The position numbers and the translations under genes are program-made. A model generated the notes under the pieces. It was not told where the DNA came from. It searched no databases and worked only from the letters and a program-made list of their open reading frames with translations. 59,398 bases of DNA from an uncultured bacterium. Lineage in GTDB: Bacteria > Patescibacteriota > Minisyncoccia > Phycocordibacterales > UBA9973. Positions 17,942 through 26,031 of the stretch are shown here, in pieces (position 1 is the first letter of the stretch; each line of letters begins with the position of its first letter). Where the stretch lies: contig CAIYVW010000022.1 in NCBI GenBank assembly GCA_903929735.1, positions 1 through 59,398 of the forward strand, given 5' to 3'.

Positions 17942-20900
17942 CTATTTTACCAGATTTAATATAAATACTAAATCATCTATTTTAACTTCTTGTCCATTAT
18001 TTTCTTTTATGAGTAAATCCTTAGCTCCTACAGATTTTAATAAATCAGCCTTAAATTTATTTATCATTTCTCCACCTTTTACTTCTGTAGAGATTTCCAA
18101 AGTTATAATATCATTGGGGTTTAATCCATTCTTTTTTCTCATATCTTGAACTGCTCTTACTAGCTCACGATAGTTACCCTCCTGTTTTAATTCTTCTGTA
18201 ATTTTTATATCAAGCTCTATACTTTTAGTTTCTCCTAAAATATGTTTTATTTCTTTAACATTTAATTCATCTTTAACAATATCAAAAAAATCTTCTTTTA
18301 ATTCATAACCAGTAAGATTCAAGCTTTGTAGGGGCTGACGAACAGGAATCCCTGCCTTTTGTCTAGCTTGAAGTCCTAAAGTGACAACTTCTCTAACTTC
18401 TTTCATTTCTTTAATTACAGTCTTACTATACACTACGAGTTCTGGCCACTTTACAAGATGTATACTTTCTAAATCATTATTTGTTTTTAGTTTTAGCCAA
18501 ATATCTTCTGAAGCAAAAGGTGCAAATGGAGCCATTAAAACAGCTAGATTTTTAAGAACAAAATACAAAGTTTGCTTTGCTTCTGTATCTCCATCTTTTA
18601 ATCTTTCTCTAGAGCGACGGACATACCATGTAGATAAATCATCTATAAATTCACGAATAGCCCGAACTGGTTCTAACATTCTGTATGAATCTAAATTAGA
18701 CGTCGTCACTTCAACAAGTTCACTCAAACGAGTATTTATCCACTGATCCAAAACATTTTCTGATTTCTTATATTCTAAAATTTCTAATTTAGGGTCTCTG
18801 TATAATTCATAAAATGCAATTACGTTGTAAAGTAAATTAAAAACTTTATTATGAAGTTCGGAAACAGTTTTTTCATCAAAACTTTTTGTATCTCCTGGCT
18901 GATTTACTCCATACATCCATAAACGCAAAGTATCAGCACCATACTTATCCATCATTATTATAGGATCTACAACATTTCCAAGAGACTTACTCATCTTTTT
19001 ACCATTACCATCAAGCAAAAGCCCTAAACATATAACATTCTTATAAGCTTTACCCTTACCCATTAAGACTCCTACTGCATGAAGAGTATAGAACCATCCA
19101 CGAGTCTGATCCATAGCCTCACTTATATAATCTGCCGGATAAGAACCTCTCTCTATTAAATCTTTATTTTCAAAAGGATAATGATCTTGAGAAAATGGCA
19201 TTGTCCCTGAGTCTAACCAAACATCCATAACTTCTTTTTCTCTTTTTAAATTACTACCACAAGAACAAATCAACTCTACTTCATCTATGTATGGTTTATG
19301 TAAATCAAGTTCATAATTTTCATTATGTGGTATCGGTGTATGATCTAACTCACGAACTTCAGCATTTTTTAGATAATTAAAATTATGCAACATTTCTAAA
19401 GATTCTTCTGAATCAAGACCCATAGTTCCAGCAACAGCAAGCCAGCATGGTCCACCATGAGTACTTAAGAGAATATTTTTATTTTCGTATTTACTATCTA
19501 AATCACGGATTAAATCCATTGTCCTTTTCTTAATATCATTCCATGATTCATTCCCTTCACGAGTTTTATAAAAATAATCTACTTTATTTGGAAATTCTGT
19601 ATGATACTCTTGCCAAGTCTTACCTTCATAATCAGGTAGTACCATTTCTCTTAAAGAATCACTATATATAATAGACTCTTTATCTATACCTAATATACTA
19701 GAAACAATATCTGAAGTTTCTCTTGCTCTCTTAATTGGTGAGCTTATTATCAAATCAATTTTTTTATCTTTTAATCCTTCTGCTGATTCTTTAACTTGAG
19801 ATTTACCTTTTTCAGTTAAACCATGAATACTTTCAAGAGAGGTGCTTATAATATCACTAAGGTTATTCTCTGCTTCGCCGTGACGCATTACAAAATATTT
19901 ATTAGTCGACTTTTTAGTTTTTGATTTCAAATCTGTAATACTTCCTATTATTTCTCTTTTATTACAAGAATTACAAACCCAAACAGGAAGTGGTGTGCCC
20001 CAATATCTTTCACGAGATATAGCCCAGTCTTTAATATCCTTTAACCATTCACCAAATCTACCTTCTTTAATATAAGATGGTTCCCAATTTATTCCTTCAT
20101 TCTCTTTTACAAGTTCATCTTTAAGCGAAGACATTCTAATATACCAAGAATCACGAGCATAATATATAAGAGCTGTCTTGCAACGCCAACAGTGAGGATA
20201 TGAGTGCTCATACTTTTCTTTTTTAAATAAAAGTCCTCGATGTGCTAAATCTTTAATTATATCTACAGAAACATCTTCATCTCGAACGAACCTTCCGGTT
20301 AGAAAATCTGTTCCTTTTAAAAATTTACCATCAAGTCCCACCATGTGATGCTTTGGTAACCCTATTTCATTCCCTAATATAAAGTCATCAACACCATACA
20401 TGACAGCAGTATGAACAACACCAGTGCCATCTTCAGTAGTAACAAATGAAGCAGGATAAACCCTAAAAGCTTTATCCAATTTTTGCTTCTCTAAATCAGA
20501 AATAGTATTAGAAAGATAAGTATAAAGAGGTTCATATTCTAAACCAATTAAATCTGAACCTTTGAATTCTTCTACTATTTGATATTCTCCTTCTATTACA
20601 GAGAGACGAGATTTAGCTAAAATAAAGAATTCATTTTCTTTATTTATTTTTACATAATCTATGTCTTTACCTACTGCCAAAGCGACATTACCTGGTAAAG
20701 TCCAAGGAGTTGTTGTCCAAGCAAGAATATACGTATCTTCAGAGGTCCAACCTGAATCTTCCTTCAGATGTTCCACCTTTGAAGATTTTTTTACCTTAAA
20801 CTTCGCATATATAGATAAATCCTTCACATCAACGTACCCCTGAGCAAGCTCATGAGAAGAGAGAGTAGTACCACAACGTGGACACCAAGGAACTACCTTA

Positions 20901-21424
20901 TAATCTTTATAAAGTAATTTTTTATCATCAACATTTTTTATTACATTCCAAACTGATTCAATATATTTATTGTGGTATGTTACATAAGCATTCTTCTGGT
21001 CTACCCAATAGCCAATACGCTCTGTAAACTTCTCCCATAGATCAGTATATTCCCAGACACTTTCCTTACACTCTTTATTAAATTGAGCGATTCCATATTC
21101 TTCTATGGCTTTCTTAGAAGTAAGACCTAATTTCTTTTCAACCTGAAGTTCAACAGGAAGCCCGTGAGTATCCCACCCACCCTTACGAGCAACATGATAA
21201 CCTTTCATAGTTTTATATCTTGGTATAACATCTTTAAAAGCACGAGCTTCTAAATGATGAATTCCCGGTTTACCATTAGCAGTAGGAGGTCCTTCATAAA
21301 AAACATACTCACCCATAGGTGATTCCTTTTTCAAACTCTTCTCAAAAATTTCATTATCTTTCCAAAATTTTAGTATTATTTCTTCTCTTAACGCTGCTGT
21401 TGATTTTTGATTTTTATCTTCCAT
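17942..21424 (-). CDS. ileS: Isoleucyl-tRNA synthetase carrying an inserted histidine-phosphatase (PGAM-like) domain
   Basis: PPTANGKPGIHHLEARAFKD (HIGH-type), editing-domain motifs TTPWTLPGN and GTGVVHTAVMYG, and KKMSKSLGN. An in-frame ~230-aa insert holds RHGEAENN, SPIKRARET and STHGG between VCNSCNK and CSCGSN. Confidence 0.9.
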   Translation of the reverse strand: MEDKNQKSTAALREEIILKFWKDNEIFEKSLKKESPMGEYVFYEGPPTANGKPGIHHLEARAFKDVIPRYKTMKGYHVARKGGWDTHGLPVELQVEKKLGLTSKKAIEEYGIAQFNKECKESVWEYTDLWEKFTERIGYWVDQKNAYVTYHNKYIESVWNVIKNVDDKKLLYKDYKVVPWCPRCGTTLSSHELAQGYVDVKDLSIYAKFKVKKSSKVEHLKEDSGWTSEDTYILAWTTTPWTLPGNVALAVGKDIDYVKINKENEFFILAKSRLSVIEGEYQIVEEFKGSDLIGLEYEPLYTYLSNTISDLEKQKLDKAFRVYPASFVTTEDGTGVVHTAVMYGVDDFILGNEIGLPKHHMVGLDGKFLKGTDFLTGRFVRDEDVSVDIIKDLAHRGLLFKKEKYEHSYPHCWRCKTALIYYARDSWYIRMSSLKDELVKENEGINWEPSYIKEGRFGEWLKDIKDWAISRERYWGTPLPVWVCNSCNKREIIGSITDLKSKTKKSTNKYFVMRHGEAENNLSDIISTSLESIHGLTEKGKSQVKESAEGLKDKKIDLIISSPIKRARETSDIVSSILGIDKESIIYSDSLREMVLPDYEGKTWQEYHTEFPNKVDYFYKTREGNESWNDIKKRTMDLIRDLDSKYENKNILLSTHGGPCWLAVAGTMGLDSEESLEMLHNFNYLKNAEVRELDHTPIPHNENYELDLHKPYIDEVELICSCGSNLKREKEVMDVWLDSGTMPFSQDHYPFENKDLIERGSYPADYISEAMDQTRGWFYTLHAVGVLMGKGKAYKNVICLGLLLDGNGKKMSKSLGNVVDPIIMMDKYGADTLRLWMYGVNQPGDTKSFDEKTVSELHNKVFNLLYNVIAFYELYRDPKLEILEYKKSENVLDQWINTRLSELVEVTTSNLDSYRMLEPVRAIREFIDDLSTWYVRRSRERLKDGDTEAKQTLYFVLKNLAVLMAPFAPFASEDIWLKLKTNNDLESIHLVKWPELVVYSKTVIKEMKEVREVVTLGLQARQKAGIPVRQPLQSLNLTGYELKEDFFDIVKDELNVKEIKHILGETKSIELDIKITEELKQEGNYRELVRAVQDMRKKNGLNPNDIITLEISTEVKGGEMINKFKADLLKSVGAKDLLIKENNGQEVKIDDLVFILNLVK

Positions 21425-21583
21425 ATATTTTTAAAATATTATTTATAATAATTAAGTTTATAAATGTGTAGTAAATAACTTTCAAGTAAGCCACTGCGGA
21501 GGCTCATGAGCCGAGCAATAAAGAAAATTTCAGTAGAAATTTATCCATTGGCGAATCCAAAAATATTTTTACGGTACATAAAT

Positions 21584-21780
21584 AAAAAACTCGTCCACAT
21601 ACAACAATATTAAAATTGTTATATAAGGACGAGCTTCCAATGAAACACGTGGTACCACCTCATTTACTTCTCATTTAAGGGTTCTACTTCATGCGTTAGG
21701 TCTTGCCTAACGATGTTTCTTCCCTATGCTCCAAGGTGATAACCTCTTCACTGCATATGTTTAAATAATAACACTAAAAG
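21584..21780 (-). promoter_or_regulatory. T-box leader (tRNA-sensing riboswitch) upstream of ileS, including its terminator
   Basis: The minus strand reads AAATGAGGTGGTACCACGTG (plus 21646..21665), matching the conserved T-box sequence. It is followed by terminator stem CTCGTCC...GGACGAG (21590..21633) and TTTTTT. A candidate Ile specifier AUC lies at 21712..21714. Confidence 0.7.
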
Positions 21781-21792
21781 TAAAATTTGCAA
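21765..21792 (-). promoter_or_regulatory. Putative sigma-70-type promoter of the ileS leader
   Basis: Minus strand: TTGCAA (21787..21792), a 16-nt spacer, then TATTAT (21765..21770) preceded by TGt. Sits immediately upstream of the leader. Confidence 0.4.
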
Positions 21793-21800
21793 GAAAACTT

Positions 21801-22343
21801 CTATTCTTCAAATTTAATTATTCCATTATATTTTTTATTCATTACCATACCATTATATTTAGGTAATTCTATCTTATTCCCTACTTCTAATTTATTAGGA
21901 TAAGAGAAAAATATTCTTGTTTTAAAATCTATTTTTGCAAGTTCATCACCAAATACACAATTATCTATATCACCAGAAGAAATAGTAAGCTTATAATTTT
22001 TTAATTTATCAAATAATTTAGCACTATAATTCTCCATATTTTTCAAAAGAACAATTGTATTATCTAAATCACCTATTTGATCTAATTTCTCTATAAAGAC
22101 GCTTTCTTCTCCAGAGTCTACAATTATTGCATAATCATTTACTTTATCTCCGAGTTGTCTTCTGAAATCTTCCTTCGCAGCAGGATAAGCAGTTAAAAAC
22201 AGAACTCTATTATTATTCTCAAATAAACTTGTAACTAATGAAATACTAAAAAGAGAAGAACCTGTCTTACAAGCACCTGTTATAAGTATTGGGAAATCTT
22301 CTTTATTGAAAACTATTTCTTTGTCATTTATTAAAATTTTCAT
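21801..22343 (-). CDS. Hypothetical protein with a degenerate P-loop-like motif
   Basis: 180 aa. ILITGACKTGSS resembles Walker A but lacks the canonical GK[ST]. IIVDS is Walker-B-like. No family recognised. Confidence 0.45.
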   Translation of the reverse strand: MKILINDKEIVFNKEDFPILITGACKTGSSLFSISLVTSLFENNNRVLFLTAYPAAKEDFRRQLGDKVNDYAIIVDSGEESVFIEKLDQIGDLDNTIVLLKNMENYSAKLFDKLKNYKLTISSGDIDNCVFGDELAKIDFKTRIFFSYPNKLEVGNKIELPKYNGMVMNKKYNGIIKFEE

Positions 22344-22345
22344 AA

Positions 22346-24046
22346 TTACATTCTATTTGGAACTTCTATCCCCAAAAGCCATAGACCATTTTTCATAGTT
22401 TGAGTGAAAGCTTTTGTTACAGCAATGTTGTAAATCATATCAGGATTTTCTTCATCTATAAGCTTAGTATTGCCGTACCAACTATTAAACATACGAGCAA
22501 GTTCTAGTAAATATCCTACTAGATGATGAGGTGCCCACTCTTTCACTGAACGTTCGATAATATCAGGAAATTGACAAATCATTTTTTCAAAATCACTTTG
22601 TTCTCCCTTTGAAGAAATATTTCCATTAACTTTATATCCAAGACTGGAAGCTTTCTCTAAAACTGAATTAGCACGAACAACACTATATTGTAAATAAGGA
22701 CCAGAATCACCTTCAAAAGATAAAGATGTTTCTGGGTCAAAATTTATATTCTTACCTGCCATAGCTCGAAGTATTGTGAATTTGAGAGCAGATATCGCAA
22801 TAACCTGACAATCTTCTTCTTTCAAATCTTTTGATTTTTCTTTTACATCTTCAATAATTAAATCTAAAATATCTTTAGCTAAAGGAACTCCACCTAAACG
22901 AGAAGACATTTTTTGACCCTTAAAAGACATGCGTCCATGAGTACGATGAATACTTTTATTTGACCAATCTTTATTTATTTTCTCTGCAGAATCTAAAACA
23001 ACATTAAAATGTGATATCTGCTGATGGTCAGTTATGAATATAGAAATATCTGGATTATATTTTTTAAATTTAATATCTAAAAGTCCCAAGTCCTTAGCCT
23101 CATAAGTAGGATTACCTTGGCTATTTATGAAAACAGCTGTATTTATATATTTCTTAGATTCATCTGGTATATAGACAATAGCTCCTTCACTTTCTGTAAA
23201 AACACTAGGGGTATACTTTGATACAATCTCCTTACCGACAACACCCGCTTCACTTTCAAAAATATAATCATTAAATTTTGAACCTAAAATACCTGTAATA
23301 TTTTCAAAATAATCCATGTTAAATTTCTTACACGAATTATAAACATCTAGTTCAATAGATGCTTTATTAAGATAGATGTTATCAGCAATTTCTTTTACGC
23401 GAGGCTGAATACTTATATCTTCATCATATCTTTTAGTTCCCTCCACATAAGCATCACCAAGCAAAACTATATCATTAGGCTTGTAAATTTCACCATTAAC
23501 AACATTTTTTTCTAAAATTATAAAAATTGCTTTTGCTATACCTAAAGATATATCTGAGGGAAATGAAATCACTTCAACTTCTGCGCCTGAAAATTTAGCT
23601 AATCTACTTATGGATTCTCCTATAGCATTGTTCATAACATGACCGATATGAAACGGCTTAAAAAGATTTGGACTAGAATGTTCCACAAGTACTTTTTTAT
23701 TCAAATGGTTTTTTGTTTTTCCCCAGTTTTCCTTTTCATTTAAGATTCTATTTATATTGTCAGCAAAAAATTCTCTAGATAAATAGAAATTTATAAATCC
23801 AGGTGAAGCTACTTCTATCTTATTTATTTCCCCAAAGCCTTGCTTTGGGAGACTCTTTAATTCTATGGTTATTTTTTCTGCTAACTCTTTTGGACTGATT
23901 TTTAACTGCTTAGAATAAACCATTGCTACATTTGAAGAATAATCACCATTTTTAAAATCTTCAGGAATTTCAACTGAAAAATTAGCCCCTTCTATTCCTA
24001 AGGTTTTCAAAACTTCTTGTATTTGTTTTTGTATTTTTTCTTTCAT
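22346..24046 (-). CDS. argS: Arginyl-tRNA synthetase
   Basis: N-terminal Arg_tRNA_synt_N-like domain, HSSPNLFKPFHIGHVMN (HIGH-type), KMSSRLGG (KMSKS-like) and a C-terminal DALR-type anticodon-binding domain ending in RM. Confidence 0.92.
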   Translation of the reverse strand: MKEKIQKQIQEVLKTLGIEGANFSVEIPEDFKNGDYSSNVAMVYSKQLKISPKELAEKITIELKSLPKQGFGEINKIEVASPGFINFYLSREFFADNINRILNEKENWGKTKNHLNKKVLVEHSSPNLFKPFHIGHVMNNAIGESISRLAKFSGAEVEVISFPSDISLGIAKAIFIILEKNVVNGEIYKPNDIVLLGDAYVEGTKRYDEDISIQPRVKEIADNIYLNKASIELDVYNSCKKFNMDYFENITGILGSKFNDYIFESEAGVVGKEIVSKYTPSVFTESEGAIVYIPDESKKYINTAVFINSQGNPTYEAKDLGLLDIKFKKYNPDISIFITDHQQISHFNVVLDSAEKINKDWSNKSIHRTHGRMSFKGQKMSSRLGGVPLAKDILDLIIEDVKEKSKDLKEEDCQVIAISALKFTILRAMAGKNINFDPETSLSFEGDSGPYLQYSVVRANSVLEKASSLGYKVNGNISSKGEQSDFEKMICQFPDIIERSVKEWAPHHLVGYLLELARMFNSWYGNTKLIDEENPDMIYNIAVTKAFTQTMKNGLWLLGIEVPNRM

Positions 24047-24073
24047 TATTAATTGGTAATTAGTAATCAGTAA

Positions 24074-24496
24074 TTATTTCCTACCAGTGCTACCAAATGC
24101 ACCTTCTCCCCTTGCTGATTCACTTAATATATCAGTAACTTCTAATTCTGCAATAGCTACTGGAAAAATAACCACTTGAGCAACTTTATCACCCTCTTCT
24201 ACAGTATAAGGCTTATCTGAAAGATTCACCAGATGAGTATTATATTCCCCTCTATATCCAGCATCGAAAACTCCTCCCATTGAGTGGAGCCCTGCTTTCG
24301 ATATACTACTTTTGTCTTTAACTATAGCTGCATAACCTACAGGAAACTCCATCGCAAACCCATGCCAGAAGAAATGATGCCCTTCTGGCTCTATAGTATA
24401 AGTCTCCATAGCATACATATCCATACCTACATCTCCTTCGTGATGATACTTAGGTAATATTGCCCCTTCTTTCAATTTTTTAATTTTGATTTTCAT
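24074..24496 (-). CDS. dut: dUTP diphosphatase (trimeric dUTPase)
   Basis: Motifs GDVGMDMYA, GVFDAGYRGE and the C-terminal RGEGAFGSTG. Confidence 0.88.
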   Translation of the reverse strand: MKIKIKKLKEGAILPKYHHEGDVGMDMYAMETYTIEPEGHHFFWHGFAMEFPVGYAAIVKDKSSISKAGLHSMGGVFDAGYRGEYNTHLVNLSDKPYTVEEGDKVAQVVIFPVAIAELEVTDILSESARGEGAFGSTGRK

Positions 24497-24497
24497 A

Positions 24498-25232
24498 CTA
24501 TTTTAAAATTTTCTTTACTTGCTTATACATCTCTTCATGTATGTCTTCACGCGTACGTAATTTATTTTTATCTACGCAATCAACCTTACACCAATTTGCT
24601 TGATTATCTGCTAACCACATAGCACTCTTGTATGAATTTATCATAAAATTTTTATCTTTCTCGTGAACATCTTTTTTATTTCCTAGATAGGCTCTATCCG
24701 TATTTTTATTTCTTTCTTTTAAAAGTTTCGTCACAAAAGAAATCGGTAAGCTAAGATAAAATACAACATGAGGTCTAGGAATACCAAAAACCCTGTGCTC
24801 CATATCATCCAGCCATCTTATGAAATCTTGCCTCTTTTTTATATTACTTATTTTTCCTCCTTGATGTATTTGGTTTGCACTCGCATAACGATTAGCTATA
24901 ACTATATAACCCTTCTTGATCCAGCCTTCGATCTTATCTTTTGATTCAAATCTATCGGCTGCGTAAAGAACAGAAGCAATCTTTGGATGAATATTCACAA
25001 AATTATAATACTGCTCAGAAAGACAGTGACCAACAAAAGCCCCAAAGAAATTCTTGTAATACTCAGGAAAGTCTACCATTCTAACTTCATAACCATCACC
25101 CTTCAGTCTATTAATAAGTAAATCTACTTGAGTAGCTTTTCCACTTCCATCCGTACCATCTATTACTATTAACTTTCCTTTTTGTTTTTTATTCTTTATC
25201 ATAATAATTCTTTCCTGTTTTATATGAATCAA
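24498..25232 (-). CDS. tmk: Thymidylate (dTMP) kinase-like nucleotide kinase
   Basis: P-loop VIDGTDGSGKATQ, plus ADRF and NRYASANQIHQ segments typical of dTMP kinases. The likely true start is Met11 (25202), which reduces the overlap with the NUDIX gene. Confidence 0.75.
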   Translation of the reverse strand: MIHIKQERIIMIKNKKQKGKLIVIDGTDGSGKATQVDLLINRLKGDGYEVRMVDFPEYYKNFFGAFVGHCLSEQYYNFVNIHPKIASVLYAADRFESKDKIEGWIKKGYIVIANRYASANQIHQGGKISNIKKRQDFIRWLDDMEHRVFGIPRPHVVFYLSLPISFVTKLLKERNKNTDRAYLGNKKDVHEKDKNFMINSYKSAMWLADNQANWCKVDCVDKNKLRTREDIHEEMYKQVKKILK

Positions 25233-25617
25233 TTAAAATTGCTGTTGGTAAAAATATAGGCTGTGGTAATTCTTCTAAATCATACCAATCCCAATCACCT
25301 ATTCTTTCATTCGGATCTGTCCTTTCTGTGCCCTCATCCCACTCTGCCACTAAACCAGTGAGTACATCATGCCGGTAAGAGTATCTATCTATATTCGCCA
25401 AGCATTGGAATTTAATATTTTTAATTTTTACTCCAGATTCTTCTTCTGTCTCTCTCTTAATAGCATCTTCAAAACTTTCCATATAGTCTACCCTGCCTCC
25501 TGGGAAAGAATATTCTCCCGGTGCATGCTTTCCATTCCTCTTTCCAAGAAGAACCTTTCCTTCTTTGAAAATCATCACTCCAACACAAACTTGTATATCT
25601 TTACTTAAATCCGGCAT
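25189..25617 (-). CDS. NUDIX hydrolase
   Basis: Complete Nudix box GGRVDYMESFEDAIKRETEEESG. Confidence 0.85.
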   Translation of the reverse strand: MPDLSKDIQVCVGVMIFKEGKVLLGKRNGKHAPGEYSFPGGRVDYMESFEDAIKRETEEESGVKIKNIKFQCLANIDRYSYRHDVLTGLVAEWDEGTERTDPNERIGDWDWYDLEELPQPIFLPTAILIDSYKTGKNYYDKE

Positions 25618-25619
25618 AA

Positions 25620-26030
25620 TTATTGGAAAATTTCTTTTAATATTTTTAATATTTCTTCTTTAGTAGAATAAGGAAAAACTTTTAAGTGAGGACTTCCTGC
25701 AATCATAGCTGAAATTCTTTTATCTTCTATCTGATGATAAATACAGAAAATTTTCTTATTTAATTTCTCAGCATAAGCTATTTCATAACCAACCCCAAGA
25801 GATGGAACTGTAACGTCGGCAATAACGATCTCAGATTCTTTTATTAATTCAAGATCTCTTTCATAAATATCTTTATCTTTTAAATCAATATGCCCGTAAC
25901 TTGTGAGACTTTTATCAGCAACAAACTCACTATTTACCCTTCCATATTCTTTTAAACTTTCAACTATAAAGTCATACCACTCTGCATGGTCCCTGCCCCC
26001 TCTTATTGATCCTGAAAAATATATTTTCAT
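25620..26030 (-). CDS. DNPH1/Rcl-like 2'-deoxynucleoside 5'-phosphate N-hydrolase (nucleoside 2-deoxyribosyltransferase superfamily)
   Basis: MKIYFSGSIRGGRD N-terminus and VTVPSLGVGYEIAYA (catalytic Glu context) closely mirror the DNPH1/Rcl pattern as I recall it. Confidence 0.7.
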   Translation of the reverse strand: MKIYFSGSIRGGRDHAEWYDFIVESLKEYGRVNSEFVADKSLTSYGHIDLKDKDIYERDLELIKESEIVIADVTVPSLGVGYEIAYAEKLNKKIFCIYHQIEDKRISAMIAGSPHLKVFPYSTKEEILKILKEIFQ

Positions 26031-26031
26031 A

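Noticed and set aside
17171-18746. Plus-strand ORFs 17171..17530, 17433..17642 and 18381..18746
   Set aside because: All are antisense shadows within the MBL hydrolase, HExxH and ileS genes. Their translations are compositionally biased and have no motifs.
19276-19960. Intein or mobile insertion as the explanation for the extra ~230 aa in IleRS
   Set aside because: The insert has no intein splice-junction signature. It lacks a Cys/Ser at the N-terminal junction, and the only HN dipeptide is followed by Glu rather than Cys/Ser/Thr. It has no endonuclease motifs, and it matches histidine-phosphatase motifs throughout.
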